From the NCBI GenBank assembly GCA_035634255.1, contig DASQDI010000079.1, forward strand, positions 53,214 through 117,213: DNA of 64,000 bases, given 5' to 3'. The stretch is from Blastocatellia bacterium (GTDB lineage: Bacteria > Acidobacteriota > Blastocatellia > UBA7656). This document shows positions 17,566 through 26,526 of the stretch, one piece after another. Below the pieces are notes generated by a model, which made no database searches, was not told where the DNA came from, and saw nothing but the letters and a program-made list of their open reading frames with translations. A program made the translations under genes and the position numbers. Positions within the stretch are counted from its first letter, which is position 1; every line of letters begins with the position of its first letter.

Positions 17566-18945
17566 CTAGCTTGTGATGAAGCGCCGGAAGTTGGCGTTCA
17601 TTCGTGAGATGTTCTCGCACATGAAGTCCAGTCTCTTATGAACGTCCGGCGGCTGGCCGAGCTTTTTAGACATCTCTCTGAGGCGGTCACCCTGCCGTTC
17701 CATCAGGCCGATCCTCTTCAGGAAGAAGTCGGGTAGCTCCTTTTCGGGAGGCAGTCTCAGGGGCGATTCTTCCGTGGGCTCGGGCTGATCCTTGTCGGGC
17801 ACGAGGTCCCAGTTGGGCCCCGCGAAGTACGGGCCTTTGCCCGACGGCAGGCGCGTGATGATCTCCCCGAGCGGGCGGAGGATCATCGTCATCATCGGGG
17901 CGAAGGCCGTCTCCTGAAGCGCGGTACTGACGTTTCTGAAAGACTGGTCGCACGACACGGGCGAAAAGTAGGCGTAAAAGCCCAGGAGCATGTAGACCAT
18001 CGTGGTGTAGCTGTCGTTGAAGAAGTCCATCGCTTCGAGCGCGAACGGGTCCGTGACGTTCTCTTTCGACGGGTTGAGCACGACGTTCCATGCGGGCTCG
18101 AAGTCGGGGTTGTTCTGATTCGCGGCTTTGAACTCTTCGAGTATCTCGGCGAAGATGTGGAAGTGGCTCGAAAAGGCCGGCTGCGCGTCGATGCCTTCGC
18201 CCTGCTTGAGTATCAGGTTGATGGCGGCGTTGGCCGTGGGGACGCTCGTCACCGGGAAGGTAAAGATGTTCATCTCGAAGTTGAATTGAAAGTCCTGGTA
18301 TGGCTCGCGGCTCGGGGTGCCCCTGAAGAGATTTTTCAAGTCGTCGTAGCCGTGGCAGTTGTTGATCGCCACCTGAATCGCCTGATAAAGCTGCTGGACC
18401 GATTGGAAGTCGATGCCCTGCCTTAAAGATCGGGGCGGCACGAGCGCCAGAGGCTCTTCCGGCTCGCCCGTTAGCATGGGCTGAGTCCTTTTCGGCTCAA
18501 GCTCGGACAGGTCGAAGCCCGTGCCTTCGAGGTGTCGGTCGTCGGGCTTTTCGAACTTCACGAAGCGGCGGACCGCGCGCTTGTTGTACCGCTCAAGCCG
18601 GAAGGGCAGGTCGAGGTGGTCGAAGAAGTCGGATTGGAGCGGGAAATCGGGCCGGTAGAAGTAAGGGGCCTCGCCCATCCCTATCAACAGATTGTTCACG
18701 AGCCCGAGGTGCTCCATCTCCTGCCGCGCGACCATCATGGTCTTGGCCTCCCACCGCCTGACGATCTCGGCCTCGGCCGGAGAGATGCCCGGCTCGTTCG
18801 CTTTCTTCAGAGTGATCGCCGCGTGCAGGTAGCAGATCATGAGTAGCTGTTCAAGCTCGGAGGCGTCTTGCAGGGCGCTGACCAGTTGCCTGCGCGTCTC
18901 GATCACGGGAGCGTCTTGCGGAGGCGGAGGATTGCAGGGGTCCAT
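17566..18945 (-). CDS. Ferritin-like domain protein
   Basis: N-terminal ELEQLLMICYLHAAITLK and ARQEMEHLGLVNNLL (ExxH) resemble the ferritin-like four-helix family. Confidence 0.6.
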   Translation of the reverse strand: MDPCNPPPPQDAPVIETRRQLVSALQDASELEQLLMICYLHAAITLKKANEPGISPAEAEIVRRWEAKTMMVARQEMEHLGLVNNLLIGMGEAPYFYRPDFPLQSDFFDHLDLPFRLERYNKRAVRRFVKFEKPDDRHLEGTGFDLSELEPKRTQPMLTGEPEEPLALVPPRSLRQGIDFQSVQQLYQAIQVAINNCHGYDDLKNLFRGTPSREPYQDFQFNFEMNIFTFPVTSVPTANAAINLILKQGEGIDAQPAFSSHFHIFAEILEEFKAANQNNPDFEPAWNVVLNPSKENVTDPFALEAMDFFNDSYTTMVYMLLGFYAYFSPVSCDQSFRNVSTALQETAFAPMMTMILRPLGEIITRLPSGKGPYFAGPNWDLVPDKDQPEPTEESPLRLPPEKELPDFFLKRIGLMERQGDRLREMSKKLGQPPDVHKRLDFMCENISRMNANFRRFITS

Positions 18946-19137
18946 GAAATTTCTCCTTTCGATTTAGCGAACGAAATCAACCGGGGTGAGCCTTGTGAAA
19001 TGAGAGCCACAAACAACTCCCGAATAGTATGAGTGGCATAATTCAAAGTCAAGCGAGCCGCTCATGATTTAAAAATAATGAGCATTACTGCTACAATCCT
19101 GCCGTCCAAGCTCCGTATCATTCGAGGAACATATAAA

Positions 19138-21639
19138 ATGAGCAAGCCACCCAGCCGCCGAAGGGAAAAGAATCAAGATAAGTTATCCGAGGTATCCGCC
19201 CTCATCGAGGCAGCGCGCAAGAGTCAAATAATGAGATTGGATTTATCTGGAATGGGCTTCACTGAAGTGCCGGAATCAATTGGCCAGTTAACTCAGCTTC
19301 AGGTTCTACACCTCTCCAATAATAAACTGACAAAGTTGCCCGACTCAATCGGACAGTTGACGCGGCTTCAGAATCTATACCTCTCCGGCAATAGACTGAC
19401 AGAAGTGCCGGAATCAATCGGCCAGTTGACGCGGCTTATAGCTTTGTCCCTATCCAACAATCAACTGGCAAAGTTGCCTGAGTCAATCGGCCGATTAACC
19501 CAGCTTCGAATTCTGTACGCCGATCATAATCATCTAATAAATTTGCCGGAGTCTCTGAAAAGCCTTATATCCCTAAAAGCGCTCTTTCTACATGGGAATG
19601 ACTCACTTAACCTTCCTGCGGAAGTCTTGGGGACAACATGGCAGGAGGCTGCTGCGCAGAAATTGCAGATGGCCAACGCTGCCGACATCATCGATTATTA
19701 TTTTCGCATTCGCGGCGAGCCGCGTCCCTTGAACGAAGCCAAGCTCATTCTGGTCGGTCGCGGAGAGGTGGGCAAGACCACTATAGTCAATCGACTCGTG
19801 CATAAACGATTTAACAAGAATGAAAAGAAGACGGAAGGTATCAATATCACAGCATGGCCGCTCACGCTCAATGGAGATGAGAATGTGCGGCTCAACGTCT
19901 GGGACTTCGGCGGGCAGGAGATTATGCACGCCACCCACCAGTTCTTCCTCACTCAACGCAGCCTTTACCTGCTCGTTCTGAATGGCCGCATGGGTGGCGA
20001 AGAGGCTGAAGCCGAGTACTGGCTCAAGCTCATCGAGAGCTTCGGAGGCGATTCGCCCGTCATCGTCGTGATGAACAAGATCAAGGAACATCCGTTCGAT
20101 GTGAATCGGCGTGCGCTGCAACAAAAGTATCCGGTGATCCGCGACTTCATCAAGACGGATTGTGAAGACGAAACGGGCATTGAAGACCTTCGCAAAGTGA
20201 TTGAGAGAGAGACCGACCGGCTTGAGCATCTGCGCGACTCTTTCCCGGCAAGCTGGTTTTCGATTAAGGATAAACTCGCTGGAATGGAGAAGAACTATCT
20301 GAACTTTGATGAGTACCGCGATGTTTGCGCGGGACTCGGTGAAACAGACTCGAAGGCTCAGGAGGCGCTCGCATTTTATCTGCACAGTCTCGGAATCGCT
20401 CTCAACTACAAAGACGATCCGCGATTGCAGGACACGCACGTCCTGAATCCGCGATGGGTCACGAACGGCATCTATAAGATTTTGAATTCAGACAAGCTTG
20501 AAGAACAGCACGGTCTGATTCGCTTGAGCGATCTGCCCGGAATCCTCGACACATCGGAATACCCAATAAAAATGCACCTTTTTCTGCTCGACCTGATGAA
20601 AAAGTTCGAGCTGTGCTTCAGCTTTCCGGGTGACGAGAACTATTATCTGATTCCCGAACTGCTCGACAAGCAGGAGCCTCTGGACACGGCAAACTTCAAT
20701 CTCGCAGAGTGCTTAAACTTTCAGTATCACTACCCCGTGCTGCCGGAAGGCCTGCTGCCTCGCTTTATAGTCCGTACGCACGCGATGAGTGAGGGCTTAC
20801 CGCGCTGGCGTACCGGAGTAATCCTCAGGTTTGAGAGCAATCAAGCTCTGGTGAAAGCAGATGCGCAGGATAAGAAAGTATTCATCTCCGTTTCAGGCCC
20901 GGCGGCGAGCCGCCGTCGGTTGCTTGCCATAATCCGGTCGGACTTCGAAAGAATCCACCACGACATTCGCAATCTGAAGCCGGAGGAGATGGTCCCTCTT
21001 CCCGATTACCCGCAGGAGACGGTTACTTACCACGAACTGGCGGTGATGGAACAAGCCGGGGTGAATAAGTTCACCAAGGTTGTCGGCAATCGCGTGCTCC
21101 CTCTGGTCGTAGATGACTTGCTCAACGGGGTGGACCTCGAAGGTACTCGCCGGAAGCAGGCGAGGATGGATGAGAGAAGGGATGCGGTGCGGTTGTTCTA
21201 CAGCTATTCGCACAAGGACGAGAGGCTGCGAAACAACCTTGAGACTCACCTGAAGCTGATGCAGCGCCGGGGAGTGATCGACGTGTGGCACGACCGCAAG
21301 ATCGAGGCGGGCGAGGACTGGAAGCAGAAGATCGATCAGAACCTTGAGCAAGCCGACATCATCCTCCTGCTCGTGAGCGCGGACTTTATCAATTCGGATT
21401 ACTGCTATGAGATAGAGATGAAGCGCGCTCTGGAGCGTCACGATAAGGGAGAAGCGAGAGTCGTCCCGGTCATAGTGCGCGATGTGAACTGGTCGGCCGC
21501 CCCGTTCGCGCGGCTGCAAGCCCTGCCTAAAGACGGTCTGCCCGTCAGCAAATGGCGCGACAGGGATTCGGCGCTCCGCAATGTTTCCGAAGGCATTGAA
21601 ATGGTAGTCAAAGAAATGAGAAAGACTACCCGAGCCTGA
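19138..21639 (+). CDS. LRR-Roc(GTPase)-COR-TIR multidomain protein (ROCO family with a TIR effector)
   Basis: Six 23-aa LRRs (LxxLPESIGQLTxLxxLxLSxNxL). Roc motifs GRGEVGKTT and WDFGGQE. Long COR-like middle region. C-terminal TIR: FYSYSHKDE...LLLVSADFINSDYCYEIEM...VVPVIV. Confidence 0.85.
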   Translation: MSKPPSRRREKNQDKLSEVSALIEAARKSQIMRLDLSGMGFTEVPESIGQLTQLQVLHLSNNKLTKLPDSIGQLTRLQNLYLSGNRLTEVPESIGQLTRLIALSLSNNQLAKLPESIGRLTQLRILYADHNHLINLPESLKSLISLKALFLHGNDSLNLPAEVLGTTWQEAAAQKLQMANAADIIDYYFRIRGEPRPLNEAKLILVGRGEVGKTTIVNRLVHKRFNKNEKKTEGINITAWPLTLNGDENVRLNVWDFGGQEIMHATHQFFLTQRSLYLLVLNGRMGGEEAEAEYWLKLIESFGGDSPVIVVMNKIKEHPFDVNRRALQQKYPVIRDFIKTDCEDETGIEDLRKVIERETDRLEHLRDSFPASWFSIKDKLAGMEKNYLNFDEYRDVCAGLGETDSKAQEALAFYLHSLGIALNYKDDPRLQDTHVLNPRWVTNGIYKILNSDKLEEQHGLIRLSDLPGILDTSEYPIKMHLFLLDLMKKFELCFSFPGDENYYLIPELLDKQEPLDTANFNLAECLNFQYHYPVLPEGLLPRFIVRTHAMSEGLPRWRTGVILRFESNQALVKADAQDKKVFISVSGPAASRRRLLAIIRSDFERIHHDIRNLKPEEMVPLPDYPQETVTYHELAVMEQAGVNKFTKVVGNRVLPLVVDDLLNGVDLEGTRRKQARMDERRDAVRLFYSYSHKDERLRNNLETHLKLMQRRGVIDVWHDRKIEAGEDWKQKIDQNLEQADIILLLVSADFINSDYCYEIEMKRALERHDKGEARVVPVIVRDVNWSAAPFARLQALPKDGLPVSKWRDRDSALRNVSEGIEMVVKEMRKTTRA
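19237..19630 (+). repeat. Tandem 69-bp coding repeats (LRR units)
   Basis: Near-identical DNA units, e.g. gtgccggaatcaattggccagttaactcagcttcag and gtgccggaatcaatcggccagttgacgcggctt. Confidence 0.7.
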
Positions 21640-21656
21640 CCGCTTTCAAGCTCCGG

Positions 21657-22277
21657 TCAGAAGCGGTAGCCGACGCCCGCTGTGAACTGAAAGTTATGGC
21701 TGATGCCGTCGGCCCTCACCCCATCGCCGCGACGATTTAAGAGTCTGTCATCGTTGAACCGAATCATGGTATCGCCCACGTCCGCTCTCACGATCACCCT
21801 GCGAGTCGGGTAAAATTCGAAGACCGCTCCGGCGTCCATCGAGAACCTGTTACCGCTTCGCGCGCCTCTTTCGCAGGCCAGAGGATCGGGGTCGAAGCCG
21901 CAGAAGCCTCGTAGCGTCCTCAGACCCGGAAAGCTGACGACTCCCGCGCGTAGCTTGGCGAACGCCCCCACCCATCGGTTGCGCTTACCCGCCTTCACTC
22001 CGATCACACCCTGAGCCCTGTCGTCGAGTAGATCGTTACCAAAGCTGTACTTCGGAAAATAGTTCCCTTCGGCCTCTACCGAGAGGTAGTCATTGATGTT
22101 GAAGCCGAGCCGCGTTCCTATACCCACCTCCGTCTCATCGACGGCGCTGAAGTTGAGGGCCGTGTAATGAACGCTTATTTCCATGCGATTATCTCCCGGC
22201 TGCGCTCTCGACTCACCCGCCGCAACAGAGAGCACGAACGCCGCCGCGAGCACCCACGGGCGTAAATTCTTTAACAT
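21657..22277 (-). CDS. Outer-membrane beta-barrel (OmpA-like/porin-family) protein
   Basis: ATG at 22277 after AGGAGG. Signal peptide ending ESRAQ. Alternating strands. C-terminal GVGYRF. Confidence 0.7.
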   Translation of the reverse strand: MLKNLRPWVLAAAFVLSVAAGESRAQPGDNRMEISVHYTALNFSAVDETEVGIGTRLGFNINDYLSVEAEGNYFPKYSFGNDLLDDRAQGVIGVKAGKRNRWVGAFAKLRAGVVSFPGLRTLRGFCGFDPDPLACERGARSGNRFSMDAGAVFEFYPTRRVIVRADVGDTMIRFNDDRLLNRRGDGVRADGISHNFQFTAGVGYRF

Positions 22278-22457
22278 AATTTCCTCCTTTCCTGGGGCAT
22301 CGCCTGGCAATCCTGATGCCGGCAGGGAAGTTGAAGAAAAATCGAATTCATCGCGTAATCGAGTCAAATCGGGTTGCTATCAATGGCCGACATATGAAAG
22401 AAATATGTTGCACCTCGGCGTACCCCTGCCGGGCCCCTAAAGAAAGAGAGTAGAACG

Positions 22458-22964
22458 ATGATCATTCGCTCCGAGAGAGAAGAGGATCACCCGCAGGTTC
22501 GCCGCGTGGTCGAGATGGCATTCGGCCAGCCTCAGGAGGCCGACCTTGTCGAAACCCTGCGCCGGGACGCACGACCTTACATCTCGCTCGTCGCCGTCGT
22601 GGGCACAGAGATTGCCGGACATATCTTTTTCAGCCCGGTGACTATCCATTCCGAAGATTCAGTATTCGAGGCCGTGGGGCTCGCGCCTCTGTCGGTGCTG
22701 CCGGAGTATCAGAATAAGGGGATCGGCTCCGCCCTGACGCGCGCGGGGTTGGAAGAGTGCAGTCGCGCGGGCCGGGAGGTCGTGGTGGTGCTGGGGCACC
22801 CGAACTACTACCCTCGGTTCGGCTTCCGCCCCGCCAGCCTGAAGGGGATCACCTGCGAGTATGATGTCCCCGACGATCACTTCATGGTCGCGGAGCTGAG
22901 CGAGGGCGCTCTGGCAGGGCACCGCGGGCTGGCCAAATATCACCTGGCTTTCGCGGGCTTTTAG
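22458..22964 (+). CDS. GNAT-family N-acetyltransferase
   Basis: QNKGIGSALTRAGLEE acetyl-CoA motif and HPNYYPRFGF C-terminal motif. Confidence 0.85.
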   Translation: MIIRSEREEDHPQVRRVVEMAFGQPQEADLVETLRRDARPYISLVAVVGTEIAGHIFFSPVTIHSEDSVFEAVGLAPLSVLPEYQNKGIGSALTRAGLEECSRAGREVVVVLGHPNYYPRFGFRPASLKGITCEYDVPDDHFMVAELSEGALAGHRGLAKYHLAFAGF

Positions 22965-22989
22965 AACAATTTTCACTACTGGAAGGGCT

Positions 22990-23475
22990 ATGAAAAATTC
23001 GGAGATCGGAATAATACTCGCCCTGATCGATCAGGCATTCGATCACAGGGCATGGCACGGCACAAACCTGAAGGGCTCGATCCGCGGGATGAGCGCGACC
23101 GAGGCCGCGTGGCGGCCCGCGCCCGGCAGGCGCAGCATATGGGAGATCGTCGTTCACGCGGCCTACTGGAAGTACATCGCCCGGAGGCGTCTGCTCGGAG
23201 AGGCCAAAGGCTCATTCCCGCTCAAGGGCTCGAACTGGTTCGCGCGCCCGTCCGACCCCGCGTCCCCCGAGGTCGAGTGGAAGATGGACCTCGCGCTTCT
23301 GAACGAGACGCACAAAAGCCTGCGCGAGGCCGTGGCGAGCCTGACCCCCGCGGACCTCGGCGTCACGCCCTCGGGGAGCAAGGTCAGCAACCTCGCCCTG
23401 CTGACCGGCATCGCCTCCCACGACCTTTATCACGCAGGACAGATTCAATTGCTCAAGCGCCTGCAATCGAGCTGA
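22990..23475 (+). CDS. DinB-superfamily protein
   Basis: IWEIVVHAAYWKY and HDLYHAGQIQLLKRL motifs. Confidence 0.8.
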   Translation: MKNSEIGIILALIDQAFDHRAWHGTNLKGSIRGMSATEAAWRPAPGRRSIWEIVVHAAYWKYIARRRLLGEAKGSFPLKGSNWFARPSDPASPEVEWKMDLALLNETHKSLREAVASLTPADLGVTPSGSKVSNLALLTGIASHDLYHAGQIQLLKRLQSS

Positions 23476-23488
23476 GGTTAGACGAGAG

Positions 23489-24325
23489 ATGATCACGCTC
23501 AGAGTCGATCACGTAACAATCGCGGGCCACGACCTTGCCGCGCTTGAGAGCGCATTCGCCCGCCTCAGGCTCGGCACCGTTTACGGGGGCATGCACTCTA
23601 ACGGCGTCACCCATATGTCGGTCCTCGGCTTCGACGACGGCTCGTACATGGAGTTGATCTCGACGAAGGATAAGGACAAAAGATCCCCCCTGTGGGGCGA
23701 CTACATCTCCGGCGATGCGGGCATATGCGCGTGGGCCGTCGAAGCGGACGATGTCTCGGGGGAAGTGTCGAGACTTTCCGCGAAGGGCCTGACGGTGAAC
23801 GGGCCAGTCTATATGAGCAGGCAGAGGCCGGACGGTAAGACCGCCGAGTGGGACCTCGCCTTCGTCGGCGCGCACGAGCCCGGCGCGAAATTCCCCTTCA
23901 TAATCAAAGACAGGACTCCGCGCGGGCTGCGAGTCGAGCCCACCGAAAGCGTGAGCGGGACCGAACTGACCGGCATCGGCAAAATCATACTGGGAGTCGC
24001 GGACATGAGCTCGTCCGCGGAGTCGTTCCGCCATGCTTACGATCTTTATGAGCCGAGTATTACGGACGACGAGGAGTTCGGGGCGAGGCTGGCTGACTTT
24101 GAAGGCTCGCCCGTGATGCTGGCCGCCCCCCTCGGGGATGAAGGCTGGCTGTTAGATCGATTAAACCGGTTCGGAGAACTGCCCTGCGGCATGCTGATAC
24201 GGACCGTCGATATGGAGAAGACGATTCGAAGATTCAACGTCGCGCGCGAGCCCGATCGTCAGGGCAGAATAGCCTGGCTGAGCGCGGACGCTTTCAACGG
24301 AACTAGAATCGGCTTTACGCCCTGA
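23489..24325 (+). CDS. Glyoxalase-like (VOC superfamily) protein
   Basis: VDHVTIAGHDLAALESAF...GMHSNGVTHMSVLGFDDGSYMELIS pattern. Confidence 0.7.
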   Translation: MITLRVDHVTIAGHDLAALESAFARLRLGTVYGGMHSNGVTHMSVLGFDDGSYMELISTKDKDKRSPLWGDYISGDAGICAWAVEADDVSGEVSRLSAKGLTVNGPVYMSRQRPDGKTAEWDLAFVGAHEPGAKFPFIIKDRTPRGLRVEPTESVSGTELTGIGKIILGVADMSSSAESFRHAYDLYEPSITDDEEFGARLADFEGSPVMLAAPLGDEGWLLDRLNRFGELPCGMLIRTVDMEKTIRRFNVAREPDRQGRIAWLSADAFNGTRIGFTP

Positions 24326-24339
24326 CGCGCCGGGTCGCG

Positions 24340-25272
24340 TCAATTCGCGGTCGCCGCCTCTTCCTTTCGCTGCCTCTCCAAAACCCCCGAGTCTATAGTC
24401 TTGCCCGTGCGCGAAATTACCTGGAAGTGCATCTTGTCGTCAACGACCTCGACCAGCATGAAATGCAGGTCATCATCATACGCCTTCGCCGTCAGGGTGG
24501 ACGCCTTGACGTCGCCCGGCCTCAGCTTGCCGCCCGCGCCGGAGATGAAGTAATAGATTCCCTTTTGAGGCTTTATCCTCTCATAAAAGTGCTCGTGGCC
24601 GGCGAAGACCACGTTCACTCCGTGCTTCAAGAAGATCGGCTCTACGACCTCCCGCAATTCCTCGTTGGACCCGTGTTTTTTGCCCGACGAGTAAGGAGGG
24701 TGATGGAAGAAAGCTATCTTCCACTCGGAGTCGTCCTTCGACATCTCGCCTTCCAGCCACTCGATCTGCTTCTTATCCATGTAGTTGCTGTTCAGGCAAT
24801 AGAACGCCACGTTGCCCTTTTTGAAGCGGTGGTATTCGTTGCCGTTCATGTTGAAGTGTTCGTAGAACCGCTGGTTGGATTCGTCGTGGTTCCCGAGCGC
24901 GGCGTAGAACTTCACTTTGGCGTCGAGCAGGGGCTTGTAAACGCCCTCGAATTTTCTCTTGTAGTCGGCCGCGTCCTCGCTCCCGTAGAGGTTGTCGCCC
25001 AGCATGAGAACGAACTCGAAGGGGAAGACCTCTCTGTAGCGGACCACCATGTCGGCCACCTGTTGCTGCTCTTTCGCCCCGGAGCCCGTATCGCCGATTA
25101 TCATGAACCGGACAGAGCCCTCCTTCACGGGCAGGGTGACGCTTACGGGCTGGGCGGCCTGCGGGCTCCCTTTGGCAGCGCCGGAAGACTCGCTCTGACT
25201 ATGACCGGTACCCGCGAAGCCGCCCAGGAGCAGCAACGCGACTGAGAAAACTGTAACGACAGGCCGTTTCAT
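24340..25272 (-). CDS. Secreted metallophosphoesterase (purple acid phosphatase-like)
   Basis: Signal peptide. Motifs GDTG, GDNLY, GNHD, HHPPYSSG and GHEHFYER. Confidence 0.85.
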   Translation of the reverse strand: MKRPVVTVFSVALLLLGGFAGTGHSQSESSGAAKGSPQAAQPVSVTLPVKEGSVRFMIIGDTGSGAKEQQQVADMVVRYREVFPFEFVLMLGDNLYGSEDAADYKRKFEGVYKPLLDAKVKFYAALGNHDESNQRFYEHFNMNGNEYHRFKKGNVAFYCLNSNYMDKKQIEWLEGEMSKDDSEWKIAFFHHPPYSSGKKHGSNEELREVVEPIFLKHGVNVVFAGHEHFYERIKPQKGIYYFISGAGGKLRPGDVKASTLTAKAYDDDLHFMLVEVVDDKMHFQVISRTGKTIDSGVLERQRKEEAATAN

Positions 25273-25295
25273 ATGCGTCCTCCTTTGCGCCCCGT

Positions 25296-25916
25296 CTAAG
25301 GCAGCGCGTTAGGCATGTAATCGACGATCAGGCCATTCTCTCTGTCAACGAGTAACATGTTCGTGCCGACGAACCGGTACCTTAGCTGCTTCGGCAGTTG
25401 CGGAAGTATCAGCAAAAGTGTCGGAGGCATCTCGACCAGCTCTTTCGACTCCGGGTAAGGGTGGTTCACCCGCACGGGAATGCCCTTCGTCTCGGCTTCC
25501 GTGACCGTCTCCCGCAGATCCATCAACTCTTTGTCTCTGAAACGTTCCTTAATGATGGCCCGTATGTGATTGGCGATGTCGGGCGTAAACATAGTTCCGG
25601 GCTTGGCCCCGGTCCTCGATGCCCTGACCACATTCTGAAAAGATTTCTTGTGCGCTTCGATCTCTTCGGGCTTGGCGTCTTTGGACAGCTTCGGCAGCTT
25701 CTCTTCGAGCCCCTCACGCATCTTCACGTACGCCTTCACGCGGTCTTCGAACGCCTTGACGGTCTGGTGGCGGTCGTTCGCCCCGGTAGCTTGAGGGTAC
25801 TGTCTCCGCCCCGCGAGAGTAAGATCGGCCGTCAGCATCACGGGCAGGGTCGCTAAACAGACCGTTAACGCAAGGCCCGCAATGAAAGTGAAGTCTTTGC
25901 TTATCTTCTGTTTCAT
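25296..25916 (-). CDS. Secreted/membrane-anchored hypothetical protein
   Basis: N-terminal hydrophobic segment FIAGLALTVCLATLPVMLTA. The start codon is ambiguous (25916, 25922 or 25934). Confidence 0.55.
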   Translation of the reverse strand: MKQKISKDFTFIAGLALTVCLATLPVMLTADLTLAGRRQYPQATGANDRHQTVKAFEDRVKAYVKMREGLEEKLPKLSKDAKPEEIEAHKKSFQNVVRASRTGAKPGTMFTPDIANHIRAIIKERFRDKELMDLRETVTEAETKGIPVRVNHPYPESKELVEMPPTLLLILPQLPKQLRYRFVGTNMLLVDRENGLIVDYMPNALP

Positions 25917-26194
25917 CAGCATACAGAGGTGCAAGCGCGGTGCCAGAATAAGCCCGACGGAGAGCCCGCGCGCCGGGCGGCTTAAATGTTGGAATAGCTG
26001 TGTTACTGGTATAATTGCGCCCGCATGGACTTCGGCCGGAATATTAGCGGGCGACTACTTGTCGTACAGGCGGTACAGTATTGAAGGCCCGCGTTCTTAT
26101 TATTCTGAAGAGAGTTTCGGGATGAGTTTCGGCGGTGTTAGTATCACCTGCGCGCGGTCTGTGAGGCGCGGGGATTATTTCGACGGAGTGATTC

Positions 26195-26476
26195 ATGGAA
26201 TGTCGTGCGGGATGCGGAGCGTGCTGCATAGCTCCGTCCATCTCTTCTCCCATACCGGGAATGCCGGGCGGCAAGCCCGCTGGCGTGCGGTGCATTCAGC
26301 TCACGGACGATAACCGTTGCCGCCTGTTCGGAAGGCCCGAGCGCCCCGCCGTCTGCGCGAGCCTGAGGCCGTCGGAAGAGATGTGCCGCGACACCCGCGA
26401 CGAGGCGCTTGAGTGGCTCGTGAACCTCGAAGGCCTCACGAAGATCGCGTCATCTAAGCGGGAACAGTGTCAATGA
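26195..26476 (+). CDS. YkgJ-family cysteine-cluster protein
   Basis: [12 protein letters not shown]...RCRLF...CASL cysteine pattern. 93 aa. Confidence 0.75.
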   Translation: MECRAGCGACCIAPSISSPIPGMPGGKPAGVRCIQLTDDNRCRLFGRPERPAVCASLRPSEEMCRDTRDEALEWLVNLEGLTKIASSKREQCQ

Positions 26477-26526
26477 GAAGCCCGGAGCGGGCTGGCCGTT
26501 CGTATCGATTTCAACCGGAGGTGTAA

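Noticed and set aside
10706-21639. Treating SLOG-patatin and ROCO-TIR as one defence island
   Set aside because: The 6.7 kb between them holds ordinary-looking genes: a Cu-monooxygenase fusion, an exonuclease, the MerR unit and the ferritin-like operon. There are no mobility genes or other known defence genes. They are reported as independent loci.
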